Assembly: GCA_026418115.1 (NCBI GenBank)
Contig: JAOABY010000006.1
Span: forward strand, 908-64,907
Length of the DNA stretch: 64,000 nt
Source: Spirochaetaceae bacterium
Lineage (GTDB): Bacteria > Spirochaetota > Spirochaetia > Treponematales > Rectinemataceae
Direction: 5' to 3'
Position numbers and translations under genes: made by a program. The notes below the pieces were generated by a model, which saw nothing but the letters and a program-made list of their open reading frames with translations, searched no databases and had not been told where the DNA came from. Shown here piece by piece: positions 9,988 to 18,931 of the stretch. How positions within the stretch are numbered: position 1 is the stretch's first letter; each line of letters starts with the position of its first letter.

Positions 9988-10048
9988 TGCAGTACGCTGC
10001 AATATGCTACCATGGTATGGGGCACATTCGACAAAGGTGAGGATTGCC

Positions 10049-10408
10049 ATGTCAGATAATCTTCCGGTTGATCCATCCACGCTTTCGGAAAAAGGCACAA
10101 GGGGAGTCATGAGCACGATCGCGGGAGCATCGCTGCTCGCAGTAAACGCGCTCCTGGGGGTGCCAGTACTGGGGACTCTTATTTCGCTCGGTCTTACCGG
10201 TCTTGGTGCGCTTGGTCTGTTTGGAAAGTCCAAGACAGACAAGGTGTCGGGAGGCGTACTGACAGCGGCAGGTATTGCCGGTCTTTCGACTCTCGTACTC
10301 CCAGGGCTTGCAAGAGGCCTTCTTTCACTTGGCGGTATCGGGCTTCTTGGTTTTGGCATCTACAATCTTGCGACATTTCTTATTGGATTGAGGAAACACC
10401 AGTCGTGA
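10049..10408 (+). CDS. Small glycine-rich membrane protein (hypothetical)
   Basis: Three predicted hydrophobic, Gly-zipper-like segments (GVPVLGTLISLGLTGLGALGLFG and others). SD GGTGAGGA at 10036-10043 precedes the ATG at 10049. The stop overlaps the miaB GTG start. Confidence 0.6.
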   Translation: MSDNLPVDPSTLSEKGTRGVMSTIAGASLLAVNALLGVPVLGTLISLGLTGLGALGLFGKSKTDKVSGGVLTAAGIAGLSTLVLPGLARGLLSLGGIGLLGFGIYNLATFLIGLRKHQS

Positions 10409-11772
10409 TCTATCATCTGGAAACATATGGCTGTGAAATGAACAAGGCGGAATCTGCCGCCATGGAGCAGGTGCTCAGGGAACACGGGTGGACCAGAGGA
10501 GAAGAAGACAGCGCCGACCTGATAATTCTCAACACCTGTACGGTACGGACCACGGCTGAGAATCGGGCATGGAACCGCATCAGCCAGCTCTCCGCCAGAA
10601 AGCAGCAACGCCATTTTGCGCTCGCCGTGGTGGGATGCATGGCTGAACAGCACAAGGATGCTATAAGGAAGAAAGCTCCGGGAGTAGACTATGTGCTCGG
10701 CACCTTCCAGAAGCAATCATTTGGCCTGATGCTCGACGCACTTGCCCAGGGCAAGCATTACGATGTTTTCGAGGAAACGCCTGTTTACGTTTTTGGGACA
10801 ACACATCATGAACCGGGCAGTTTCAGATCCTTTGTGCCTATCATGCATGGATGCAATAACTTCTGCTCATATTGCATCGTGCCATATGTGCGGGGAAGGG
10901 AAGTATCTCGCAATCCCGTCGATATTCTGGCTGAAATCGACAGGCTCGAGGATGTCGGCGTAAGGGAGGTCACTCTTCTCGGGCAGAACGTGAATTCCTA
11001 TCATTGGAAGGGCAAAGAAGGCGAGCTTGATTTCCCCGGTCTGCTCAGGCTGATTGCCACGCATCTCCGCGAAAGGCACGGTACTCGCTCACGGCCTGAA
11101 TACCATGCAGATGCAAAGGGCAATGATCTCAGAGAAGGCATCGGTTGGATACGTTTTCTCACCAGTCATCCCAAGGACCTTTCAGATGAGCTCATCAAAG
11201 TGCTGTCTGAAGAGCCGCTCTTCTGCAGGCACCTTCATCTGTGCGCACAGTCAGGGTCCAATGAAGTCTTGCGCCGGATGAACAGAAAATACACTCGTGA
11301 ATACTATCTGTCTCTTGTGGACAAGCTGCGACTGGCACTGCCGGATCTGACCCTGAGCAGCGATATTCTGGTCGGATTCCCCGGCGAAACCGAGGAAGAT
11401 CTCGAGCAGACTCTGGATCTCATGCGTCGGGTTGGCTTTATCTATTCATTCATGTACCATTTTAATGTGAGACAGGGTACGCCGGCTGCCTCCATGCCGG
11501 ACAAGGTTCCGGAAAAAATCAAGAAACAGAGACTCGCCCGTGTCATCGAGCTTCAAAAGGAACTCACCAGAGCGCATATGCGAACGCGAATCGGGCAGAC
11601 TGATGAGGTGCTCATTGAAGGCATGTCCAGGCGATCCAGAAAAGAGGTGCTCGCGCGCACCCAGCGGGACGAGATGGTTGTATTTCCTGCAGATGCCTCA
11701 CGTATTGGTCAGTTTGCGAGAGTGAGGCTGACCGGAATCAGCGGCAATACATTCAGAGGCGAAGAGGTGTGA
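10405..11772 (+). CDS. miaB: tRNA-2-methylthio-N6-dimethylallyladenosine synthase
   Basis: N-terminal YHLETYGCEMN (UPF0004 cluster), radical-SAM CNNFCSYC, and a C-terminal TRAM-like region. GTG start in a GTGA overlap. Confidence 0.92.
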   Translation: MIYHLETYGCEMNKAESAAMEQVLREHGWTRGEEDSADLIILNTCTVRTTAENRAWNRISQLSARKQQRHFALAVVGCMAEQHKDAIRKKAPGVDYVLGTFQKQSFGLMLDALAQGKHYDVFEETPVYVFGTTHHEPGSFRSFVPIMHGCNNFCSYCIVPYVRGREVSRNPVDILAEIDRLEDVGVREVTLLGQNVNSYHWKGKEGELDFPGLLRLIATHLRERHGTRSRPEYHADAKGNDLREGIGWIRFLTSHPKDLSDELIKVLSEEPLFCRHLHLCAQSGSNEVLRRMNRKYTREYYLSLVDKLRLALPDLTLSSDILVGFPGETEEDLEQTLDLMRRVGFIYSFMYHFNVRQGTPAASMPDKVPEKIKKQRLARVIELQKELTRAHMRTRIGQTDEVLIEGMSRRSRKEVLARTQRDEMVVFPADASRIGQFARVRLTGISGNTFRGEEV

Positions 11773-12848
11773 AGAAACAAACGCTTCTCTGCACAATGAT
11801 GCTGGCAGGTCTGCTCTGCGCCTCAAACATGTCGGCACAGAACGCAGCCTCCGGCAAGACTGTTCCTTCTCAGACAGTCAACCAGCAGCAGGGCTCGGCG
11901 AGCAGCCAGACAGACACAAGATTCCAGAATCTTGCTCAGGCTAGGAGGGCAGCGTCTGCTGCAAAGACACCGGACGCTCTGATGGCTGTGCTCAAGACAG
12001 CAATGCTGCAGCTCCAGGCGCCGGACGCACTGGAGCTTCTGAAAGAGTTCGAACCCAGGCTCTCGAACACCGCGCTCAGGGCTGAATGCAACGGCCTGCT
12101 GGGCACCATCCTGCTCCTCCTTGGGCGCAGGGCTGATGCCGCACTGTATTATGCCAGAGCAGCCACATTTGATCCTGCGTGGACATCGCTGGCTTTCAGA
12201 ACGACGCTCGCTTCACGTGGGGAAGCAGATGCCAGACCTATGATGGAAGCCTTGTCGGCGAGAGATGCAGCAGCCTTCACGATTGCCTCTGCCTGGATGG
12301 CAATTCTGACCAGAGAGCCCAGGGAGGCTGCCGACATCATTCGAGAGCTGCGCAAGAGAACAGCTGATGCTTCAATTCGCAGAGAGCTGCTGTTCCTGCT
12401 GATGATTGCCGAGGAGCATGGGGAAGGGGCAGTCTCTACGCGTGACACGCTGGTGAAAGAATATGCAGCAAGTCCTGAGGCCGCTGTGGCTACCGGCAAG
12501 GCTTCGCTTGCATCTCCCTTGATGCTGGTGCTTGGCATGCCCTTGCTTCCGAGCACGAGATCCGCTGTCCTGTCTTCGGGAAGTGAGGTGCTCAAGCCGG
12601 TCGAAAAGGCGGATCGCAAAGAGAATGCCCAGCAGTGGCTGCAGGCCGGCTACTTTGCTTCCAGGGAGAATGCAGAGCGCCTTGCCTCAATGCTGAAGTC
12701 GAAAGGCTTCGTGATCAGGGTGGAGACCAGCGTCAATCGCAGCGGCGAGCCGCGATGGGCGGTGCTTGTCGGTACCGCGTCCGACTGGCAGGCAACACAG
12801 CAGAAACTCAAAGACCTGGGAATAGAATCCTATCTCGCTTCGCCATGA
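11769..12848 (+). CDS. Secreted TPR-like / SPOR domain protein
   Basis: Signal peptide MKKQTLLCTMMLAGLLCASNMSAQ. The C-terminal WLQAGYFASRENAERLASMLKSKGFVIRVE...WAVLVG fits the SPOR peptidoglycan-binding domain. Confidence 0.75.
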   Translation: MKKQTLLCTMMLAGLLCASNMSAQNAASGKTVPSQTVNQQQGSASSQTDTRFQNLAQARRAASAAKTPDALMAVLKTAMLQLQAPDALELLKEFEPRLSNTALRAECNGLLGTILLLLGRRADAALYYARAATFDPAWTSLAFRTTLASRGEADARPMMEALSARDAAAFTIASAWMAILTREPREAADIIRELRKRTADASIRRELLFLLMIAEEHGEGAVSTRDTLVKEYAASPEAAVATGKASLASPLMLVLGMPLLPSTRSAVLSSGSEVLKPVEKADRKENAQQWLQAGYFASRENAERLASMLKSKGFVIRVETSVNRSGEPRWAVLVGTASDWQATQQKLKDLGIESYLASP

Positions 12849-12882
12849 AAATTTCGGGGTTCGATTGCAGAAACCGGATCCT

Positions 12883-14355
12883 TCAGCTGGTCTTTCTGAA
12901 TATCAGTGGTGTCCTGTAGCCAGGCTGAAATCCATTGCTGTCATAGCGCGAAGGATCAAGCATGATGGTGACTATCTCCCCATTCTCCCTCATCTCGATG
13001 CTCAATCGATACATGCGGCGCTCAGTCGTCAAACCTTTTTCATCAGTCTGCAAAAAATCAAAAACCATGTCTGTTCCGGCCATGTACAAGGCAACCATGC
13101 CAGTCAGATACACTCCTTTGCCTGCGAACCGTGCTCTGGTTCCCTGAATTTCGAGCACAAGTCCGTCACTCGAACGATACCTGCCATCCAGGGAGGGGAG
13201 AGGCGGCTTTGGAGACACCGTGGGTGCCTGGGACAGGGGCTGGCTTGCCGCCACAGCTTCCTTGCGGCGATAAAGACCTGACCAGCCTTCATCCCGATGG
13301 AACCTCGATATCTGCTCGTCACTCACGCTCAAGCGCATGCTGTCTCTGTTCACGAAATCGATCGAAATCATTCTTTCCAGCGCACCGGAGCCTGACAGGA
13401 CACAGGCTGTATTGAGTCGCGTACCGCTGCGATATTTGGATACCATGACCCAGCGTTGCATGTTGAGCCCATCCGAGAGAATGATTTCGTTCCGTGCCGG
13501 ATCCATGAAAACATTTCTTGAGGAACCAGCGGCATCCATCGTCCATAATTCCCCTGCCAGCCAGGTAAGATATTCCTCACGCGTTGTTCCAATCGCTGCC
13601 CGTATTTCGCTGAGATCGATGGACAATCGCGTGGTGCCTGCCAGCATGAACGTGTGTCGTGCCGCAACCCATCGATACTCTGTTCGCATCCCGGGGATAT
13701 CTTTTACGCCATTCACCTGTGTATCGACAATGATGCGCGCAGGTTCGGAGGTATCAGGAGCCAGGAAGGTCACCGAGAGGCCCTGTACTGCGAATGCCAA
13801 CTCCAGGCGCTGGCGCTCGCTGTTTCTGAAAATGGCACATGATTGCCTGTCCTGATCCGCGAGACCCTGTACAATGAGTTCGGGCTTGCTGTCGCTGTCA
13901 ATATCGAAGGCATCGATGAACAGCCCTTCAGGTCTGGTGATGTCCAGAGCGAGCTCCTGCACGCGCGCGAAAACGGCCGTTACTGGCTGCAGGTCGGCGA
14001 GAATCAGATAAACTTTTCCGCTATCCCGCCCTGCACCGACCCTGCGTGCGACAATGATCTGCTCAAGGTCTTCATCAGCGTCGATATTCAGATCAATGGC
14101 TCTGAGAAATATCTCATCAGCAGCAGGGTTGATTCTTGCTCGAATGCGGGGATCTGTGGCTGTCTGCCCCTGCCCGGTTACGGTTGAGGAAGCCAGTGTT
14201 GCTGTACGCTGTTCCACGGGGATGGAAGCAGAGAGTTGCTCCTGCCGTTTGATGGCAGCAAACCAGAGTGCAAGAAATATGACAACGGCTGTTGCGATGC
14301 CATAGAGCACCGTGACAGCCGTTGTTCTTTTCCGGGTTTGTTCTTCCTGCATCAT
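12883..14355 (-). CDS. Membrane-anchored hypothetical protein with two FG-GAP-like acidic loops
   Basis: N-terminal TM segment AVTVLYGIATAVVIFLALWFAAI. The loops LNIDADEDLEQIIVA and FDIDSDSKPELIVQG resemble FG-GAP/VCBS Ca-binding repeats. I recognised no other family. Confidence 0.6.
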   Translation of the reverse strand: MMQEEQTRKRTTAVTVLYGIATAVVIFLALWFAAIKRQEQLSASIPVEQRTATLASSTVTGQGQTATDPRIRARINPAADEIFLRAIDLNIDADEDLEQIIVARRVGAGRDSGKVYLILADLQPVTAVFARVQELALDITRPEGLFIDAFDIDSDSKPELIVQGLADQDRQSCAIFRNSERQRLELAFAVQGLSVTFLAPDTSEPARIIVDTQVNGVKDIPGMRTEYRWVAARHTFMLAGTTRLSIDLSEIRAAIGTTREEYLTWLAGELWTMDAAGSSRNVFMDPARNEIILSDGLNMQRWVMVSKYRSGTRLNTACVLSGSGALERMISIDFVNRDSMRLSVSDEQISRFHRDEGWSGLYRRKEAVAASQPLSQAPTVSPKPPLPSLDGRYRSSDGLVLEIQGTRARFAGKGVYLTGMVALYMAGTDMVFDFLQTDEKGLTTERRMYRLSIEMRENGEIVTIMLDPSRYDSNGFQPGYRTPLIFRKTS

Positions 14356-14379
14356 GACGTATGATACTATGCAAGAAGA

Positions 14380-15579
14380 TCAGAGGGACAGAAGTACCTC
14401 CGAAATGCGGGCGACTGCTTCGTCGAGTTCCGCTTCCGTTATGACAAGAGGCGGAGCAAATCGGATGATATTGCCATGAGTCTGCTTGGCGAGCACACCC
14501 TTTTCCTTGAGCGCTACGCAGACAGGATAGGCTTCGTAGCCTTCATCGAATACTATTGCATTCAAAAGGCCCTTGCCCCGGACCAGCCGTACTCTGGGTG
14601 CATGCAGTGCCGCAATCCTTTCACGGAATCTTATTCCCAGCCTGTAGGCATTCTCTTCCAGACGTTCCTGCTCGAGCACTTCAATTGCAGCCATGCCTAC
14701 GGCACCGGCAAGGGGGTTGCCGCCAAAGGTTGAACCATGTGTGCCAGGCGTAAAGACATCCATGACGGAGTGGTCGGCCACGATTGCGGAGATAGGCATG
14801 ATGCCGCCTCCGAGAGCCTTGCCCAGGCACATGATGTCGGGACGGGCATTTTCATACTGCCACGCAAAGCGCTTTCCGGTCCGGCAGAAGCCGGTCTGGA
14901 TCTCATCCAGTATCATGAGCACGTTGTTGCTTGAGCAGATTTCACGAACCCTTGCGAGATAGCCTTCTGGTGGTACCACTACTCCTGCTTCACCCTGAAT
15001 AGGCTCCAGAATCACGGCTACAGTATCATCATCAATTGCCTGTTCGATTGCTGCAGCATCGCCATAGGGTACTTTCACGAAACCGGGCACATAGGGGCCA
15101 TAATTGATGTAGGAATCAGGGTCATTCGACATTGAGATGACTGCAATGGTCCTGCCGTGGAAATTGCCCAGCGCGCAGATGATCTTCTGTCTGCCATTCG
15201 GCACACCCTTGACCTCGGCACCCCACCGGCGTGCTGCCTTGAGCGCAGTTTCAACCGCTTCGGCGCCGGTATTCATGGGCAAGGCCTTCTCAAAACCTGT
15301 ATATTCACAGAGTTTCTTGAGGAAGGGGCCCATCCTGTCATTGTGGAAGGCGCGCGACGTGAGAGTAACCGTATCGAGCTGAGCTTTTGCCGCTGCGACA
15401 ATATGGGGATGGAGATGTCCCTGGTTCACGGCGGAATAGGCAGAAAGGAAATCAAAATATTCTCTTCCTTCCGGATCCCATACCTTGCATCCTCTGGCCT
15501 TGGAAATGACTACGGGCAGCGGATGGTAATTGTGCGCACCGTACTTTTCATCCAGAGCGATGTAATCTTGGGAATTCAT
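14380..15579 (-). CDS. rocD: Ornithine--oxo-acid aminotransferase
   Basis: YGAHNYHPLPVVISKARGCKVWDPEGREYFDFLSAYSAVNQGHLHP and PLP-Lys context DIMCLGKALGGG are typical of OAT. Confidence 0.9.
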   Translation of the reverse strand: MNSQDYIALDEKYGAHNYHPLPVVISKARGCKVWDPEGREYFDFLSAYSAVNQGHLHPHIVAAAKAQLDTVTLTSRAFHNDRMGPFLKKLCEYTGFEKALPMNTGAEAVETALKAARRWGAEVKGVPNGRQKIICALGNFHGRTIAVISMSNDPDSYINYGPYVPGFVKVPYGDAAAIEQAIDDDTVAVILEPIQGEAGVVVPPEGYLARVREICSSNNVLMILDEIQTGFCRTGKRFAWQYENARPDIMCLGKALGGGIMPISAIVADHSVMDVFTPGTHGSTFGGNPLAGAVGMAAIEVLEQERLEENAYRLGIRFRERIAALHAPRVRLVRGKGLLNAIVFDEGYEAYPVCVALKEKGVLAKQTHGNIIRFAPPLVITEAELDEAVARISEVLLSL

Positions 15580-15670
15580 GAGAAAACCTCCTTTGGCTGT
15601 GGGGCTTCAACAATAAAACCCCGCACCATTATACACGGGTTTCTGGAATTGCGAAAGGGCTTTTCTGCAA

Positions 15671-16783
15671 TTACATATTAAGTAAATATTTATGCAGTCT
15701 GTCCGAATACCGTTTCCGCTCAAGACCGAGTTCGACAAGGCGATCGAGCAACGCTTCATAGGACAGACCTGCAGCCATGCACATGCGCGGGTACATGGAA
15801 ATTGCGGTAAAGCCGGGGATGGTATTGACCTCGTTCAGATATATGGTTCCGTTGGTCTTATCTATGAAGAAATCGACTCGGGCCATCCCTTCCAGGCCTG
15901 CTGCCTGATATGCCTTTATTGCGAGTCTCTTGATTTTTTCGGCCGTCTCGGGAGCAAGGGGAGCGGGAATCAGCAGTCCGGCGCCATCCGGGTCAAGATA
16001 CTTTGCTGCATAATCATAGAATTCATGATGAGGCACCACCTCACCCGGATCAAATGCCACTGGATGCTCATTGCCGAGCACAGAACATTCGATTTCTCTT
16101 GCATTGATGAACTCTTCGATCAAGGCAGTGCGTGACCATCGAAGAGCCTCCCTGAGGGCTCCTTCGAGCATTGCGGGATCCGTTACCTTGGCCGTTCCAA
16201 CCGAGGATCCCGAGCACGATGGTTTGACAAAGCAAGGGTATCCTAACCTGGACGACACTTCTGCAGCCAGGTTCGCCATTCGTGTTTCAACATCAAGCTG
16301 ACTTGCCCGCAGATAGTTCACGACAGGAAGCCCTGCCTCGAGCCAGAGACGTTTGGAAACATCCTTATCCATGCCTATCGCAGATCCGAGCACGCCTGCA
16401 CCAACGTAGGGGAGGCCGCAGATCTCCAGCAGGCCCTGGATGGTTCCATCCTCGCCAAAGGTCCCATGGAGCACGGGAAACACGATATCGACAGCAAGTT
16501 TCTCAAAGCCTCTGGGGCCTTCTACCCAAAGCCCATCGCCAGGCATGGCGAGTACACGGCGAGATGCTTCAATGGAAGGAAGAGGGCGCATGGCCTCCTG
16601 CTGTGCCGGCAGGAAAACCCAGTCAGGAAGCGCCTGAAGATACCAGAATCCGGAACGCGCAATTCCTATTGGATGAATGCTGTACCTGTCTCGATCGAGA
16701 TGAGAGAGAATGGAGGCTGCAGAGATGAGTGAAACTTCATGCTCGCTTGATACTCCGCCATATAGCACTGCGATACGAATCAT
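15671..16783 (-). CDS. ddl: D-alanine--D-alanine ligase
   Basis: IAVLYGGVSSEHEVSLISA N-terminus, ATP-grasp core, and C-terminal LNEVNTIPGFT. Confidence 0.93.
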   Translation of the reverse strand: MIRIAVLYGGVSSEHEVSLISAASILSHLDRDRYSIHPIGIARSGFWYLQALPDWVFLPAQQEAMRPLPSIEASRRVLAMPGDGLWVEGPRGFEKLAVDIVFPVLHGTFGEDGTIQGLLEICGLPYVGAGVLGSAIGMDKDVSKRLWLEAGLPVVNYLRASQLDVETRMANLAAEVSSRLGYPCFVKPSCSGSSVGTAKVTDPAMLEGALREALRWSRTALIEEFINAREIECSVLGNEHPVAFDPGEVVPHHEFYDYAAKYLDPDGAGLLIPAPLAPETAEKIKRLAIKAYQAAGLEGMARVDFFIDKTNGTIYLNEVNTIPGFTAISMYPRMCMAAGLSYEALLDRLVELGLERKRYSDRLHKYLLNM

Positions 16784-18357
16784 GCAAGGCTCCTCGTGGT
16801 AGATTCCGGGAAACCGGTACGATAGCCCATGTCCGCCAGAAGAGAACGTGCCGTCCCCTCTTCATCGTACGGCATTACATGGTCTGCAAATATGATGGAA
16901 TTCTCGTGCCCCTTGCCGAGCAGAAGCACCAGATCACCGGCATTGGCCAGCGAAAAGGCTTTCTGAATGGCTTCCCGGCGGTCTGGAATCAGGAAGAGTC
17001 TTTGGCCCCTGGGAAGTTCCGGACAGCCTGCTGCGATTTCCTCAAGCAGCGCCATGCGATCTTCCCCTCTTGGGTCTTCGTCCGCGAGAATCACCACATC
17101 GCAGTAGTCCGCTGCGATACGTCCCTGACGAGGTCGTTTCTCTCTGTCTCTTTCTCCACCAGAGCCGAACACGCAGAGCATTCTCCCCTTTCGAGAGGCG
17201 CGGAGCGGCGGAAGAATTTCCAGGAAAGATGATGGAGTGTGTGCATAATCAATGATAACCTCGAAAGGTTGTCCCTGATCGATACGCTGCATGCGACCCC
17301 GGACAGGGCGGAGGGTCGGCAAATGAGGCAGGAAGGATTGCCAGGGGATACCGCTTGCCGATGAGGCAGCCAGCATGGCAGCCATCGTATTGGGAATATT
17401 GAATCTCCCCGGCAGGTTGATGCGAGCCGGCAGTCGAATCCGGCCACCCTTGCCATCAGGACCTTCGAGAGTAAAACTTGCACCAGAACTGTCTGAAGAT
17501 ACATCAAGCGCGATGAGATCGGCGGCATTGCCTCTGGATGCATAGGTCATGCAAGGAGCATTCGATGCCTGTAGGAAATAGGATGCGCTGGGATCGTCTG
17601 CGCACACCACTCCGGCAGGCGCAATCTTCCTGTCGCCAATGGTCTTCTGCCCGCATGCTCCCAGTCTCCTGAAGAGGTTGGCCTTGTCACTGCGGTATTG
17701 TTCCCATGTACCATGAAATTCTAGATGTTCATGGGTGACATTGGTGAATACGCCGATGTCGAAGCACACATGTGCAAGGCGGGCAGTGCGATCAGAGAGG
17801 CCATGACTTGATGACTCTACCACAGCATGAGTCAGGCCTTGGTCACGCATGCGGGCAAGCATGGCATGTACTGCCGTTGATTCCGGTGTGGTCTGATGTT
17901 CCGGGTTGGGCTGTTCACCATCACCCGTATCGGACATCACCGTGGAAAAGAAACCTGTACGTATGCCTACAGCGTTGAGCAATTGGTAGATGAGGGATAC
18001 GGTGGTGCTCTTGCCCTCTGTACCCGTTACGCCAATTACGCAGAGATCTTTCGAGGGAGCGCCATAGAAGGCACTCGCAATGGCCGACATGGCATATCTG
18101 CAATCCGTGACCTGTATGGCGGTCATGCCTGGTGGCACGGCTGGTGAGGAGTTCTGATGGACGAATGCAACGGCACCACGTGCACGGGCATCTGCAACAA
18201 AACGCATGCCATCGGTATGTATGCCGGGAAGAGCAAAGAAGAGCCAGCCTGGCTGACATGCCCTGGAATCATAGGCCAGGCCATGTATGGCAAGGTTCAC
18301 TTCACCTGTAACCGAGACAGGCTGAATGGCTGCAAGGAGTTCTGAAAGTCTGAACAT
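16780..18357 (-). CDS. murE: UDP-N-acetylmuramoyl-L-alanyl-D-glutamate--diamino-acid ligase
   Basis: Mur ligase P-loop GVTGTEGKSTT and DEDPR motif near the C-terminus. The stop overlaps the ddl start (ATGA). Confidence 0.9.
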   Translation of the reverse strand: MFRLSELLAAIQPVSVTGEVNLAIHGLAYDSRACQPGWLFFALPGIHTDGMRFVADARARGAVAFVHQNSSPAVPPGMTAIQVTDCRYAMSAIASAFYGAPSKDLCVIGVTGTEGKSTTVSLIYQLLNAVGIRTGFFSTVMSDTGDGEQPNPEHQTTPESTAVHAMLARMRDQGLTHAVVESSSHGLSDRTARLAHVCFDIGVFTNVTHEHLEFHGTWEQYRSDKANLFRRLGACGQKTIGDRKIAPAGVVCADDPSASYFLQASNAPCMTYASRGNAADLIALDVSSDSSGASFTLEGPDGKGGRIRLPARINLPGRFNIPNTMAAMLAASSASGIPWQSFLPHLPTLRPVRGRMQRIDQGQPFEVIIDYAHTPSSFLEILPPLRASRKGRMLCVFGSGGERDREKRPRQGRIAADYCDVVILADEDPRGEDRMALLEEIAAGCPELPRGQRLFLIPDRREAIQKAFSLANAGDLVLLLGKGHENSIIFADHVMPYDEEGTARSLLADMGYRTGFPESTTRSLA

Positions 18358-18511
18358 TGCAGCAGCATACTAGCACAGCAGACATGCTCGTACAACGAGG
18401 CACGCAGGTGGCGCGGGAGGTACGCACCGATTTCGGATGGGGTCATCTTATCTGACGGGAGCAGCTGCGATATACTCTTCTACTCACACAGATGGAGGAG
18501 GGAGAACATCC

Positions 18512-18874
18512 ATGTACCTGGTGCGAGTTGAAACCGATTTCTCGGCTGGCCATCATCTGAGTCACTACCATGGGAAATGCGAACGCCCTCATGGTCATAA
18601 TTACAAAGTGAGGGTATGGGCACGGGGCGAACAGCTTGGCGAAGGTGGCATGCTTATTGATTTCGGAATCCTCAAATCTGCGCTCAGGAAAATTGTCAAT
18701 GAAAGCCTGGACCATCGCGACCTGAATGAGATCGCGGCTTTTCAGGATGATCCCAGCGCCGAAAGAATAGCCAGATACATCTTTGACGAAATCAGGAGGC
18801 TGGATCCCTCACTGCCTCTTCACGCGGTTGAGGTATTTGAAACGGATACCTCAATGGCAAGATATGAAGAATAG
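18512..18874 (+). CDS. queD: 6-carboxytetrahydropterin synthase / 6-pyruvoyltetrahydropterin synthase family (COG0720)
   Basis: FSAGHHL ... CERPHGHNYKV (Cx3HGH) ... LDHRDLNE. SD GGAGGAGGG lies just upstream of the ATG at 18512. The longer ORF from 18437 lacks an SD. Confidence 0.85.
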   Translation: MYLVRVETDFSAGHHLSHYHGKCERPHGHNYKVRVWARGEQLGEGGMLIDFGILKSALRKIVNESLDHRDLNEIAAFQDDPSAERIARYIFDEIRRLDPSLPLHAVEVFETDTSMARYEE

Positions 18875-18931
18875 AAGTAACACCGAAAGCCGCTGCAGGA
18901 GCTGCATGAGTACCATTCGGAGCAGAGTCGT

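Noticed and set aside
18358-18511. Searched for a preQ1-type riboswitch upstream of the queD-like gene
   Set aside because: I saw no compact hairpin plus A-rich tail resembling preQ1-I/II. The region is better explained as the divergent murE/queD promoter region. I cannot run a covariance model, so this negative result is soft.
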